From positions 64,001-128,000 of the forward strand of contig JBMFSQ010000003.1 of NCBI GenBank assembly GCA_049967475.1: a stretch of DNA of 64,000 bases, read 5' to 3'. Made by a program: the position numbers and the translations under genes. Under the pieces are notes generated by a model that had not been told where the DNA came from, ran no database searches, and saw only the letters and a list, made by a program, of their open reading frames with translations. This document shows, in pieces, positions 19,116-29,366 of the stretch. Each line of letters begins with the position of its first letter. Position 1 is the stretch's first letter. The stretch comes from Chthonomonadales bacterium (GTDB lineage Bacteria > Armatimonadota > Chthonomonadetes > Chthonomonadales > CAJBBX01).

Positions 19116-20384
19116 TCAGGGCTGTTTCGCTGCGGGGGCCTTGTTCTTCGTGACCTGGGGTGCAGTGGCGGTTGTTGCCGTTTGCTGTTTGAGGCGGGCA
19201 ATAGCTCTTTGGTTCCCCGGATCCATGGAAAGGGCTGCAACGAAAGCCTTTCGTCCCTCAGACGGATTGCCGAGCGAGATGTCTAGATCGCCGAGGCGCA
19301 GCAGATTTCCGGGCACATCTTCTCCCTTTTCGATGGCCCGAAGAACGATTTCCCGTTCAGCGCTCCATTTGGCAAGCGGCGCCAAACGCTGGCCGATGGC
19401 ACGTGCTTCTGCGTTGCGCCCGCTCTGTTGGTAGAAATCCCGCAGCATCGTGAGCGCCTCTACGCTGTAGGGGTTCGCGTCTACGGCGTGCTCCAGGGCT
19501 TGGCCGGCATCGCCGCGGTTTCCTTCACTGAGCCACACTCGAGCGGCTTCGATGTAAGCGGGTGCCTTGTTCGCGGCAAACTCGGCTACGCGGGTGAGCT
19601 CCTGCATGCCGCGGACACGGTCGGGCCCTTGGCGGGTGGTCAAGAGAGCACGTGCAAGCTGGAGGCGGGCTTCGAGATCCGATGGGTCGGCCCTGAGGGC
19701 TGCTTCCAGCTCCTTGCGGGCTTCGGCCACGCGGCCTGCGGCGAGAAGAGCCGCCCCAAAGGGCCCGTGAAGTGCGCTCGATCTCGGATCCATACTTTGC
19801 GCGCGCGAGAATGCCCTTACTGCCGCATCGGGGTGGCCCAGAAGCATCTCCAGGCGCCCGAGCGCAAGCCACGCCTCGCGCCTAGATGGATTGATGGCGA
19901 GGCCGGCCATCAATTCGTCCTTGGCAGCCTCTCTACGGAACGTCTCGTCGAGAATGGCTGCGAGGATGAAGTGTGCTTCCGTCTTGTGCGGCCAGAGCTC
20001 GATCGTCTTGCGGAGGACGCGTTCGGACACGGCCCAGTTCCCGCGGGCAAATTCGCACCGAGCCCAACCCGTCCAGGCTTCGGATGCCACGGGGTTTATG
20101 GCAGCAGCCCGTTGATAGGCCTTAGCTGCAGGAGGAAAATCGCCGGACCGCTCCAGTCGCCGGGCCAGCTCGTAGACGACGGCAAACGGAGCATGAGGGC
20201 GCGCTGCGGCCTGCCGGAGGGCTGCGTTAGGCATCCGGGACGCCTGCCACCTCTGAATGGCGCCAGTCATGGCCAACCGCAACGCAATGCCGGCCAGAAT
20301 GACTGCAATCGAGGCGACGATAATTCGGCGCATGCGCTTTCGTGAGGCTTGCAGAAGCGGCTGCGGATCGGGCGGTAGTGCCAT
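19116..20384 (-). CDS. Membrane-anchored tetratricopeptide repeat protein
   Basis: N-terminal TM helix then TPR-like repeats (AWTGWA, AHFILA, AWLALG, ARLQLA). Confidence 0.82.
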   Translation of the reverse strand: MALPPDPQPLLQASRKRMRRIIVASIAVILAGIALRLAMTGAIQRWQASRMPNAALRQAAARPHAPFAVVYELARRLERSGDFPPAAKAYQRAAAINPVASEAWTGWARCEFARGNWAVSERVLRKTIELWPHKTEAHFILAAILDETFRREAAKDELMAGLAINPSRREAWLALGRLEMLLGHPDAAVRAFSRAQSMDPRSSALHGPFGAALLAAGRVAEARKELEAALRADPSDLEARLQLARALLTTRQGPDRVRGMQELTRVAEFAANKAPAYIEAARVWLSEGNRGDAGQALEHAVDANPYSVEALTMLRDFYQQSGRNAEARAIGQRLAPLAKWSAEREIVLRAIEKGEDVPGNLLRLGDLDISLGNPSEGRKAFVAALSMDPGNQRAIARLKQQTATTATAPQVTKNKAPAAKQP

Positions 20385-20463
20385 CAGACGTGTCTCCCGG
20401 ATGAAGGATCTTGGCCCATGAATTGTTTCTGTACGAGGCCGGCACCATTCCTGCTGCCGGCAG

Positions 20464-22128
20464 TCATCTTTGCCTTAGGCGGATGCGCCGATCCACCGCA
20501 CCACAAGGGTAGGTTTCCCACTTACCGTTTGGCCACCGCACCCGTACCCACGGTACGCGTTTGGTGGTACCCAAGCCGAAATGGAGCCACGGCGACGAGC
20601 TCGAAAGGTAACTCGATGCGGGTGACAGATCTTGCAACCAAAGATCGGACCCAACCCGGAACATGACGCGGGCGCCATAGGCAAGCCAGTCTGGCGGCCG
20701 GCCCTGCAGTTCCACTTCCAGCCAATGGCCGGCACCGGCCGTTCTATTCTGCAAGAGCAACGGCCCGCCGTCGTCATCCACTACCAGCGCATCCACGCGG
20801 CCGTCGTTATCGAAATCCCCTGTTGCCGAACCGCGGCCCAGGATCATGCGCTGGAATGGCGGCCCAGCCGTTCGTGTAACTTCCTCGAAGCTATGGCCCC
20901 TGCGGTTCATAAAGAGCTGCAACGGTTCCAGGTAAGAGGTCTGCGGGTCTATTCGGCTCGCCGTGTCGTAAACGCTCCCGTTGGCGAAAAGAAGATCGGG
21001 CCACCCGTCATTGTCCACGTCTAGGAACTTGGTTCCGAAGCTCAGCATGAGCAGTGTGGGATCTGCAAGACCGACGATTGGGCTCACATTGTCGAAATAG
21101 GGGCCTTGGTTGCGGTAGAGCGACACCGGCTCGTGAGAGAACTTCGCTGCGACCAGATCCAGCCTGCCGTCACGATTGTAGTCTGCCCAATCGGCGCCCA
21201 TGGCAGCTTGCGCCTGCTGGTAAACGCCAAGGGCTACTCCCTCAGAGAGCGCTTCGTTGCGAAAGTGCATCCCTCCCATGTTGTGGAAGAGGTCTGCGGG
21301 CATACCGTCGTTCCCCAGGTAGAAGTCTATGCGGCCGTCGTTATCATAATCTGCGTAGGCCACTACGAGGCACTTTCCCCCCATATGTCCGGCAAGACCG
21401 GATGCAGCGGTCACGTCTGTGAACGTTCCGTTGCGGTTGTTGTGGTATAGGTGGGAATATTGCGGCGCATAAGTTTGCGGGGGGCATCCACTGAGGACGC
21501 CGCCTCCCAAATTGCAGTAGTGCGGCGTCTTGTCGTTATACACAACATAGTTGCCTACGAAGAGATCTTGATAGCCGTCGCCGTCAAGATCCATGAACCC
21601 CGCGCTGCTGCACCAGCCGTTGGGCTTGAGGCGGGCTGAGCGGGTAGTGTCTGTGAACTCGAGATCCCCACTCCCGTGCAGAAGTGCGATGCAGTTGTAG
21701 CCGGTGAGCAGCAGGTCCTCGCGGCCGTCTGCATCGTAATCGCCGATGGCACAGCCCTTCCATGCTCCTCGAATGCGCGCCAATCCGCATCGGGCTGACA
21801 CGTCTTCATACTGTCCCGCGCCTTTATTGAGGAAGAGTGCGGAAGTTGGTTCCCCCACCAGGAGTATGTCCAGCAAGCCGTCGCGGTTCAGATCCAAGAA
21901 GGCGCATCCATGACCGAATGCATCCAGTGCGGTGACGGGCGATATGTGCTTCGGCCCCCAGCGGAAGCGGATGCCGGACTGCTGTGCGACGTCGGCGAAC
22001 CATGGGCCTTCGTGATGGGCGGCCGGCGCATCGTGAGAGGGCGCACGGTGCTTGCATCCTGCGCTGCATCCCCACACGAGGACCAGAGCCGACGGCAGGA
22101 GGACACGGTTGAGGCAGCGTATACCCAC
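20464..22128 (-). CDS. CRTAC1-family protein (FG-GAP repeats + ASPIC/UnbV)
   Basis: Multiple DxDxDG repeats, GRGSATGDFDNDG, LHFGLG..VRWPNG; signal peptide/lipobox-like N-terminus. Confidence 0.88.
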   Translation of the reverse strand: MGIRCLNRVLLPSALVLVWGCSAGCKHRAPSHDAPAAHHEGPWFADVAQQSGIRFRWGPKHISPVTALDAFGHGCAFLDLNRDGLLDILLVGEPTSALFLNKGAGQYEDVSARCGLARIRGAWKGCAIGDYDADGREDLLLTGYNCIALLHGSGDLEFTDTTRSARLKPNGWCSSAGFMDLDGDGYQDLFVGNYVVYNDKTPHYCNLGGGVLSGCPPQTYAPQYSHLYHNNRNGTFTDVTAASGLAGHMGGKCLVVAYADYDNDGRIDFYLGNDGMPADLFHNMGGMHFRNEALSEGVALGVYQQAQAAMGADWADYNRDGRLDLVAAKFSHEPVSLYRNQGPYFDNVSPIVGLADPTLLMLSFGTKFLDVDNDGWPDLLFANGSVYDTASRIDPQTSYLEPLQLFMNRRGHSFEEVTRTAGPPFQRMILGRGSATGDFDNDGRVDALVVDDDGGPLLLQNRTAGAGHWLEVELQGRPPDWLAYGARVMFRVGSDLWLQDLSPASSYLSSSSPWLHFGLGTTKRVPWVRVRWPNGKWETYPCGAVDRRIRLRQR

Positions 22129-22316
22129 GTAAGGTGCTGGATAGGCAGTTCGTTGAGGATGCCTTCAAACCGACGCCGGCAGCCGGAACTGAGCGCGCGC
22201 ATCCTCCGACTGAAGACGCTTTAAACTTCGCATCTGGAGCGGAAAACTCCTTCCCAGGATTAAGGATCGGGCGCCAAGGGCGTGTCCACAGAGCCTGGGA
22301 AGGAACGGGTGCGCAA

Positions 22317-23237
22317 CTACGCCGCAGGAGCTATGTCCACGAGCGTGCGGGCGGACTCGAACTGGGATTGCAACTCTCCGATCATCCATTCCATGTCTTC
22401 GTCCGTAAAGGCGAGCCATTCGGACACAGCTTCCGACAGCCGCGGCGCGGCCAGGTGTTCGCTGCTGGCGAAGCCCGAGTGCCAGGCAAAGTAATCCGCT
22501 GCGTGCACTGTGGCTGCGCTTGGGAAGAACTCATGCTCGGGGTTCGGCGCCTCCCACATGCTGGTGGAGGCCACGAGGATTGGAGGAAAGTTCCACGTTT
22601 CGGAGATGCGCGCCGCAATCGTCGTATGGTCTATGCCCAGCACCTCCCGTTCGGCCTGCAGCATGGTGATCTCATTGCGCGCTGCATGGGCCAGGGTGAG
22701 TGTGTACTGGGCGGGAAAATAGCAATCCAGAAACAGTTCGCCGATATCATGGAGGAGGCCGCCGAGGAACGCCTGTTCCATGAGGGTACGGTTGCGGGGC
22801 TGCTTCTGCCGTGCCACGATGCCCGAGCCGACAGCCGCCGCCACCGAATGTTCCCAGAACATACGCCGATTGAGGCCTGGGATGCCTCCTTTGCGCGTGA
22901 GAATACCGAAAGCAGATACCCCAAGGACGAGGTTCCGCACGGTATTGAAGCCGAGGATCACGATGGCGTGGGTGATGGTTCCGATGCGCTTCGGGAAGCC
23001 GTAATAGGCCGAATTGACGATGCGAAGCATCTTGGACGAGAGCGCTTGGTCCAGAGAGATCAAGCGGTTGAGCTCCTCGGCCCCGCTGTTGGGGTTATTG
23101 ACGGTTTGCATGATGCGGGTGACGACTGCGGGAAGCGGCGGAAGATCCGCCAGCTTCTTCTCCAGCATCTGCTGGAAGAGTTCCTGATCAATGCGGATGG
23201 GTGTGCTGTCGGCTGGCATAGGCTCGCTCTCGAGCAA
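22317..23237 (-). CDS. HDOD domain signalling protein
   Basis: LPPLP, DQALSSKMLRIVNSAYYG, AIVILG, FWEHS, GLLHDIG, WNFP; alternative start ATG 23219. Confidence 0.9.
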   Translation of the reverse strand: MLESEPMPADSTPIRIDQELFQQMLEKKLADLPPLPAVVTRIMQTVNNPNSGAEELNRLISLDQALSSKMLRIVNSAYYGFPKRIGTITHAIVILGFNTVRNLVLGVSAFGILTRKGGIPGLNRRMFWEHSVAAAVGSGIVARQKQPRNRTLMEQAFLGGLLHDIGELFLDCYFPAQYTLTLAHAARNEITMLQAEREVLGIDHTTIAARISETWNFPPILVASTSMWEAPNPEHEFFPSAATVHAADYFAWHSGFASSEHLAAPRLSEAVSEWLAFTDEDMEWMIGELQSQFESARTLVDIAPAA

Positions 23238-23408
23238 GGTAGATGCGGCAACGAGCGTACTCGCGCTTAGGCGACACTAGTATTATGGAACCGGGCGGGG
23301 AGATCCTTTAGGCGTAAACCCAGGTTTGCCGCAACGGATGGCTCAACGGTGCCGGATCCGCGCGGCTAAAGGAAAGGCCGCTGAGGTTGAAGGGCGTGTT
23401 GAGAAGAC

Positions 23409-23440
23409 GTGCCGGGCGGAGCCCGCCTGTCGCCCGGCAC
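23409..23440 (-). terminator. Hairpin after khpA, possible intrinsic terminator
   Basis: 10-bp inverted repeat GTGCCGGGCG...CGCCCGGCAC 11 nt after the stop; weak U tail. Confidence 0.45.
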
Positions 23441-23451
23441 AGAACTTTGCG

Positions 23452-23706
23452 CTATTCGGCCGCGGTTTCTGCGGGCATCCCTACCACTTCGAGGTATACT
23501 TTGCGCTTCTCTTTCATCGCGCTTGCCTTGGCCAGCACACGCATGGCGTTGGCGATGCGGCCTTGCTTCCCAATTGCCTTACCGAGGTCTTCCGGGGCCA
23601 CGTGCACACGGTAGGTGGTGGCGTTTTCGCCCGGTTCCTCTTCTACGCGGACCTGTTCGGGAAGGTCCACTACAGCTTGGACGAGTTGTTCGATAAACGC
23701 CTTCAT
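23452..23706 (-). CDS. khpA: KH-domain RNA-binding protein (KhpA/YlqC family)
   Basis: LVQAVVDLPEQV..VAPEDLGKAIGKQGRIANAMR. Confidence 0.85.
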   Translation of the reverse strand: MKAFIEQLVQAVVDLPEQVRVEEEPGENATTYRVHVAPEDLGKAIGKQGRIANAMRVLAKASAMKEKRKVYLEVVGMPAETAAE

Positions 23707-23954
23707 CAGGTTCCTCGCTTTCCACGAACCTCCATCCAGGATCAGCGATCCGGCCACGGCCACGTCGGCGGGGCCATTCCGGAGTTCTCGGTGTTTGGCG
23801 GCAGGTACCCGCCAGCATCCGCTAAGCTTAATAGCGGTTAATGCCGATGGAAGGTTCCTTCGCCTTCAGATTGCGAAATTCCTGCTTATCGGCAAATCGC
23901 GCTCTTGGGATTGCTTGCGGTGCCTTCCCGTGGGCAATCCGCGCGCACTGCCCG

Positions 23955-24161
23955 TCATGGTGCCGGGACTACGTTGGCGGCTTGCCTCCCCTTAGGCGTT
24001 TCCACGGGTTCGTACAGCACATCCTGCCCTTCGCGGAGGGACTTGAAGCCCTCCATCATGATGGCGCTGTAGTGAACAAAGACGTCTACGCCATCATCGC
24101 TTTGAATAAAGCCATACCCTTTGGCGTCGTTGAACCATTTGACTTTTCCTTTGATGGCCAC
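23955..24161 (-). CDS. csp: Cold-shock protein (CspA family)
   Basis: [33 protein letters not shown]; start GTG 24161 after GAAAGG. Confidence 0.95.
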   Translation of the reverse strand: MAIKGKVKWFNDAKGYGFIQSDDGVDVFVHYSAIMMEGFKSLREGQDVLYEPVETPKGRQAANVVPAP

Positions 24162-24294
24162 TTCTGCAAAACCTTTCTGCAGGAATAATCGCGGAAGGGT
24201 GCGCGTGCGGGGGCATGCGATCCCTCCATTGAATGCACCCTGCAGAATGTGTGCCATTGTGTCGGTTACGCCAGGAAACCGGTACAATCACGGT

Positions 24295-25575
24295 TCATGA
24301 TCCATCCGAGGCGTTGGCGAGAGCCTTCAGGCGTGCATCCAAAGCGGCCTGATCTACGGCGAAGGATTGGAGGGCGGATTGCGTCATCAGGTCATCCAGG
24401 GCGATTTGGGGCTGCGCGTTCCAGCGGCCCAGATCGGGGATCTTTCCGTGCCGGCGGATCACCTCCGCTTCTTCGGATGTGAACCGATGGAACAGATGGG
24501 TACCGTGGTCTTCGTCTGCTTGGCGGATATCGGCGCCGGTGAGCTTGGTGGGGGTATGACGGGCCAGGTCATCGGCCAGAGCGCGGACGCGGTCATCCAC
24601 CTCCCACAGCACGGCGACCTTGGCGGCTGCATCGGGATTCAGGTGCACGGGGAGATCCGCGCCGACGTTGGATGTGAGGCGGGCAGGGTCGGGGCCGGCA
24701 TCCAGAAATCCTTTGGCGACTTTGACCGGCATGGTATGCACATCTACTCCAGCAAGGGTAGCAACCTGGGAGGCCTCACGCATGGATGCGGCGATCTGCC
24801 GCGAAGCGCACTTGCCTTCGCTTCTGAGCTGGGCCACGGCTGCCTGAGAAGCCAGCGTCGCCCGTTCCCCCACGTTCCGGCCATCGCCTAAGCCGTTGTC
24901 GGCCACCACATTGTTGAGGCGGCCTAGAAACACGTTCACAAAGGCAGGGTTCGCTATTCGGGCAGCCACGTAATTCTGCCGTGCAGAGAAGCCCAGCGTG
25001 AAGTTGATTGGAATGGATTGGGCCGATGCCCTTGCTACGGCGCATATCCCTTCCGGGGTGAGCGGGATCTTGACGATGAAGCGTTCTGGGCAGACCGCAT
25101 AGTATCGCTGAGCGAAAAAGACCGTGCGATCGAGATCTTCGGCGACGGATGGGTGGAGCTCCACACTCACGCGGGCGCCCATGGCGGCAACGAGGCGAAG
25201 GGCTATGTGGCAATTCACAATGAAGCCCAGCTCCATGATGCGTTCTGCCTCCGGCAGGTTTGTGCCGAGGGAATTGAGCCGGCGGGCTGCCTGGCGCACA
25301 AGGTCGTCCATCACTCCGGTTTGCACTACCTGGTTGGCTAGAGTGTTGTTGGTAGTGAGAGCGGTGAATTCCTGATGCCAAAGCGGCTGGGCTTCTTCCA
25401 AGAGGCCCGTGTCCAGCCATAACTCGGTTCCCAACTCGCGCAGTCTGGCAAGGGCAGGGTGGCTTGGGAATTGCTTGCCCGTTCCTTGAGTTATTGCATT
25501 GCGGGCTGCTTCCCTAAGTGTGGCGTCTATTTCTGCCTGAACCGATGCAATCCTCACGTGTTCTCTCCTTTGCAA
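24295..25575 (-). CDS. tal: Transaldolase-family protein (long form)
   Basis: LWLDT, LTTNNTL, VSVELHP, Schiff-base Lys in IVKIP, INFTLGFS, VFLGRL, IAASMR. Confidence 0.8.
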   Translation of the reverse strand: MQRREHVRIASVQAEIDATLREAARNAITQGTGKQFPSHPALARLRELGTELWLDTGLLEEAQPLWHQEFTALTTNNTLANQVVQTGVMDDLVRQAARRLNSLGTNLPEAERIMELGFIVNCHIALRLVAAMGARVSVELHPSVAEDLDRTVFFAQRYYAVCPERFIVKIPLTPEGICAVARASAQSIPINFTLGFSARQNYVAARIANPAFVNVFLGRLNNVVADNGLGDGRNVGERATLASQAAVAQLRSEGKCASRQIAASMREASQVATLAGVDVHTMPVKVAKGFLDAGPDPARLTSNVGADLPVHLNPDAAAKVAVLWEVDDRVRALADDLARHTPTKLTGADIRQADEDHGTHLFHRFTSEEAEVIRRHGKIPDLGRWNAQPQIALDDLMTQSALQSFAVDQAALDARLKALANASDGS

Positions 25576-25605
25576 GGTTTGTTGGGCAGCGGCGACTGCC
25601 TGTGG

Positions 25606-26145
25606 TTACTGAATGCCGTACCACTCGCGGATCCGTGCGCTCAATCCCATGGCGAAAACGCCTGCGCTGGCTGCCAAGGCCGGCAGGCGCAGTGGGCCGG
25701 CAATTCCCAAACCGAGTAGAGCAGCTAGGCCCAACAATGCTGCGACGATCATGGTGGCCCACCAACCTCCGGATCGCTGAGACCATGCCCAAAACGCTGC
25801 GACGATCAACCCAATCGCTATGGGAGCCATCAACACTGCCCACAGTGCAGTGCTTACTGCGCCGAAGGCGTGCCCGATGTAGTTGGTGTGATCTTGGCTC
25901 AATGCCGGCTGGGCGCGAAAACTCCCCATCAGTGTGGCGACAGGACCCAGCACCAGGACCATAAAATCGAAGAGCACGAACCCCAGGACGGCTGGGGGGC
26001 GCGTGCGCAGCCGCTCGAGCTGTGCGATGCGCTGATGGTTCACTTCCAGGGTTGTGGCCCCAGCGTAGGCTGTTAGGGGCGCCGCGCAAACCGTGCAAAT
26101 GGCGGCCCCGTCGGGGTTATTGGTGTCACATTGCGGGCAACGCAA
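25606..26145 (-). CDS. Zinc-ribbon membrane protein
   Basis: CPQC-x9-CTVC at the N-terminus followed by about 4 TM helices. Confidence 0.7.
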   Translation of the reverse strand: MRCPQCDTNNPDGAAICTVCAAPLTAYAGATTLEVNHQRIAQLERLRTRPPAVLGFVLFDFMVLVLGPVATLMGSFRAQPALSQDHTNYIGHAFGAVSTALWAVLMAPIAIGLIVAAFWAWSQRSGGWWATMIVAALLGLAALLGLGIAGPLRLPALAASAGVFAMGLSARIREWYGIQ

Positions 26146-26186
26146 ACAGGCGTCCTCTCAGCAGGATACTTGGGCAACGGGTGGGA

Positions 26187-26999
26187 TCAGGCTTTCTCTC
26201 CAAGGTTCCTCTTCATCTCCATGAACGGAGTCAGCAAGTCAATGGGTACAGGCAGGATCGTCATTGTGGATCGCTCCGATGCGATTTCCCGCATGGATTG
26301 AAGGAAGCGAAGTTGTAGAGCCGCCGGTTGCGTCGCAATCAGAGCGGCTGCCTGAGTGAGCTTCTCGGCCGCCTCGAACTCGCCTTGCGCATTGATTACC
26401 TTGGCGCGCCGCTCCCGTTCGCTCTCCGCTTGGGCGGCCATCGCCCGCTTCATGCTTTCGGGGAGTGCCACGTCCCGCATCTCCACCCCGGTGACCTTTA
26501 CGCCATAGGGTTCGGTCTGCTCATCTATTACGGTCTGCAGCTTCTGGTTGATGCGGTCGCGTTGCGCAAGCAATTCGTCAAGCTCGGCCTGCCCGATGGT
26601 ACTGCGGAGCGTCGTCTGGGCGATGAGCGATGTCGTCCGGATATAGTTTTCGATGCGCAGGATGGCTCCTTTGGGATCCACCACCTTGAAAAGGACGATG
26701 GCGTCCACGGTTACGGGCACGTTATCCCGCGTCATCATTTCTTGGCGGGGCACATCCATGGTTACGATGCGCGTGTCTACACGAATGGCGCGGTCGAGGT
26801 AGGGCCACAAGATAATGACGCCGGGGCCGGCGACGTGGTGAAACTTGCCCAGGCGCAGCACCACGGCTCGTTCCCAATCGGGGAGGACTTTGATGGCGGC
26901 CGGGAGTATCACCAGCGCCAAAACAATGAGGATCGCCAGCGGTACACCAATGAACTGCGTTACCAGATCGAACAGCTCTTTCATCGCGAAGATCTCCAT
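26187..26999 (-). CDS. SPFH/stomatin (slipin) family protein
   Basis: ERAVVLRLG, QTTLRS.IG..ELDELL, AMAAQAESERERRAKVINAQGE, ALQLRFLQ. Confidence 0.92.
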   Translation of the reverse strand: MEIFAMKELFDLVTQFIGVPLAILIVLALVILPAAIKVLPDWERAVVLRLGKFHHVAGPGVIILWPYLDRAIRVDTRIVTMDVPRQEMMTRDNVPVTVDAIVLFKVVDPKGAILRIENYIRTTSLIAQTTLRSTIGQAELDELLAQRDRINQKLQTVIDEQTEPYGVKVTGVEMRDVALPESMKRAMAAQAESERERRAKVINAQGEFEAAEKLTQAAALIATQPAALQLRFLQSMREIASERSTMTILPVPIDLLTPFMEMKRNLGEKA

Positions 27000-27051
27000 T
27001 CTTCTGCAATCGCCTGCCGACCGCTACAACCGGGCTTCCCAGACGGATGCC

Positions 27052-28473
27052 TCATTGTTGTGGGAGTTCCTGTTGAGCATATACGGGCTCGGGTTCCAAC
27101 GCTTCGGCCCGCTCCACACGAAGGGTGAGGCCGTCCCGTCCAACCACCCGAACGGTATCACCCGAACGCACGGGCTCAGCCCCGGCATTCACAGCTCTCC
27201 AAAAAGCGCCGTCGCAAAACACCATGCCATGAGGATCCAGGTTCGTGCGTGCGATGCCGGTCTGACCGATGAGGGTCTCGGGTCCGCTTCCCGGCGGCCT
27301 CCGGCGCGCGCGGACTAGCGCCGCCAGCACGGTGCCGAAGAAAAGCGCTGTCACCAGCGCCAAACTGATGACTACGACCAACGACACTTGCACGCCGGTC
27401 TGTGCATCGTTGAAGATCATCAGTGCGCCTACGATGAAGGAAGCGATGCCGCCCACCGTCAATACGCCATGGGTGGGAGCGTAGAGATCCAGGCCGAACA
27501 GGAAGAATGCCAAGAGGATCAATGCCAACCCCGCTGCATTGACGGAAAGCACCGACATGGCGTAGAGGGAGAGGATCAATGCAATGGATCCGGCGACACC
27601 CGGCACGATGGCTCCCGGATGCTGGATTTCGGCGATGATGCCGTATAAGGCGACCGCTCCGAGGATCAGAGCGACATTGGGGTTGAGGAGGATCATGAGT
27701 AGGGATTGGATCCAGGAAGGCTCTTCAACTTCCTCGGCTGCCCCGGTTGTGCGAAGTGTCACCTGGCCGGCGGCCGTGTCCACGCGGCGGCCGTTAATGG
27801 CCTGCAGAAGCGCCGCCTGGCTCGGTGCTATGAGATCGGCGATATGTTGCGTGACGGCTTCGGATGCCGAAAGCGATATGGAGTTGCGAACGAACTGTTC
27901 GGCGATCTTGGCACTCTTGTGCCGCCTATCCGCCAAGGCCCGGCTAAAGGCAGCCATATCGTTGACCATCTTTGCCTTCATATCGCCGGGAATGTCGCCG
28001 CCTGTCATCAACACAGGGTGCGCTGCTCCGATATTGGTTGCCGGAGCCATGGCAAGAATATTGGCGGCCAAAGCAACGATGGCCCCTGCGGAGGCTGCCT
28101 GGGCACCATCCGGTGCGACATAGACCACGACGGGAACGCGCGCATTGAGAAAAAGCTGAGCGATGCCCCGCATGGCCTCCGCCTGGCCGCCGGGGGTGTT
28201 CATCCGCACCAGCAGACACTGCGCCCCGGCATCCTCGGCATGCTTCAGAGCATGGGCGATGTAATCACGTGTGGGCGGCATGATGAGGCCGTCAATGGTC
28301 GCTCCAACTATCAGGGGGCGTACGCCTTGGGCTAATGCCTGGCCGAGGGCTGCCTGTTCCGCCGGGCATAGGGTCATTCCGGCACACAGAAGCACCGTCG
28401 TGAGCCCACTCGCGCGGGCGCAGAAGCCGAACCTATGCCTGTTCGTGCGGTGAACAGATGGTGCATGGTTCAT
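27052..28473 (-). CDS. nfeD: NfeD-family membrane-bound serine protease
   Basis: NTPGG, AASAG, MAPATNIGAAHPV, TM block, C-terminal OB fold; directly upstream of the SPFH gene. Confidence 0.9.
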   Translation of the reverse strand: MNHAPSVHRTNRHRFGFCARASGLTTVLLCAGMTLCPAEQAALGQALAQGVRPLIVGATIDGLIMPPTRDYIAHALKHAEDAGAQCLLVRMNTPGGQAEAMRGIAQLFLNARVPVVVYVAPDGAQAASAGAIVALAANILAMAPATNIGAAHPVLMTGGDIPGDMKAKMVNDMAAFSRALADRRHKSAKIAEQFVRNSISLSASEAVTQHIADLIAPSQAALLQAINGRRVDTAAGQVTLRTTGAAEEVEEPSWIQSLLMILLNPNVALILGAVALYGIIAEIQHPGAIVPGVAGSIALILSLYAMSVLSVNAAGLALILLAFFLFGLDLYAPTHGVLTVGGIASFIVGALMIFNDAQTGVQVSLVVVISLALVTALFFGTVLAALVRARRRPPGSGPETLIGQTGIARTNLDPHGMVFCDGAFWRAVNAGAEPVRSGDTVRVVGRDGLTLRVERAEALEPEPVYAQQELPQQ

Positions 28474-28531
28474 CGCCTTCCCTCTCTTCCTGTAGCATTA
28501 TGCGCCTTCCTGGCTCTACTGTCAACAAGGG

Positions 28532-29170
28532 TTATTTGCGCAGAAGCCCCATGTTCACCAACGATTGCCGGAAGCCGTCTACCCACAAGTCCACGGCCTC
28601 GTACAACGCCCAAAGGATTGCGCCAAATACGGCTACTGCCGTGACGACGGTACGATTGAAAAGGGCGTCGTCTATTGCCTCCCATACGATGGCCGGGTGC
28701 GTGAAGGCATCCCAGGAATTGACGCGTTCGATCAAACCCATATATACGCCGAGGGAAATGAGAAAGAAGAACCCAGGGGCGAAAAGAAAAAAACGTCCCC
28801 CTGCTGCACGGAGCATCCGTTCCACCGGGCGGATGGCCAGCACGAACATGAGCATCCCGGCTCCGCTGTAGCCCAAAAAGAGCAGTGCGGACTTGGCTGT
28901 GGCCAGCATTGCCGCATGGTCTTGGCCTCTGCTGTTCTCAACAGACAGCATCCACTTGGGATCGAACAGAAGATGCCGCCACTCGGTAAGCAGGTAACAA
29001 CTGTTTGGGAGGAACAGGAACCAGACAACACCCAGCGCCAGTCCGAATGGAGCAGGGAGGCGCCGCTTCTTGGAGCCAGGATACCATCCCCATGCCAGAA
29101 GATGTGCGAGGGCCACCGGTATGAACGCCAGAAACAGGTTCCAGCCCGCCCACTTCAGAGCATTGGTCAA
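28532..29170 (-). CDS. DUF1361-family membrane protein
   Basis: WNLFLAFIP, WFLFLPNSCYLLT, GVYMG..RVNSWD. Confidence 0.8.
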   Translation of the reverse strand: MTNALKWAGWNLFLAFIPVALAHLLAWGWYPGSKKRRLPAPFGLALGVVWFLFLPNSCYLLTEWRHLLFDPKWMLSVENSRGQDHAAMLATAKSALLFLGYSGAGMLMFVLAIRPVERMLRAAGGRFFLFAPGFFFLISLGVYMGLIERVNSWDAFTHPAIVWEAIDDALFNRTVVTAVAVFGAILWALYEAVDLWVDGFRQSLVNMGLLRK

Positions 29171-29366
29171 CGTGTAGCTCCTTTCCCCGGCGGCAAACCG
29201 GGTATCCTGTATCTACCGGCTTTCTGAGGGTGGTTGATCCCATAGAAGCCGGCCGTCCGGCGAGGATCCGCAAATCCGCCGCATGCTTAGACGCATCGGA
29301 TGCAGGCGATGGTTCCCCGCAGGAACGCGCAATCCCTTCGATACACGCTTCGTGGAGGACACAAGA

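Noticed and set aside
22248..22304. 11-bp inverted repeat TCCTTCCCAGG...CCTGGGAAGGA as a MITE/REP element
   Set aside because: Single copy seen, no target-site duplication and no transposase; more simply a 3' hairpin of the HDOD transcript.
23305..23392. GGCAAACC-containing hairpin upstream of the HDOD gene, suggestive of a c-di-GMP-I riboswitch
   Set aside because: It closes as a simple GGCAAACC-TG-GGTTTACGCC stem; there is no GAAA tetraloop, GACGCAAAG junction or receptor stem.
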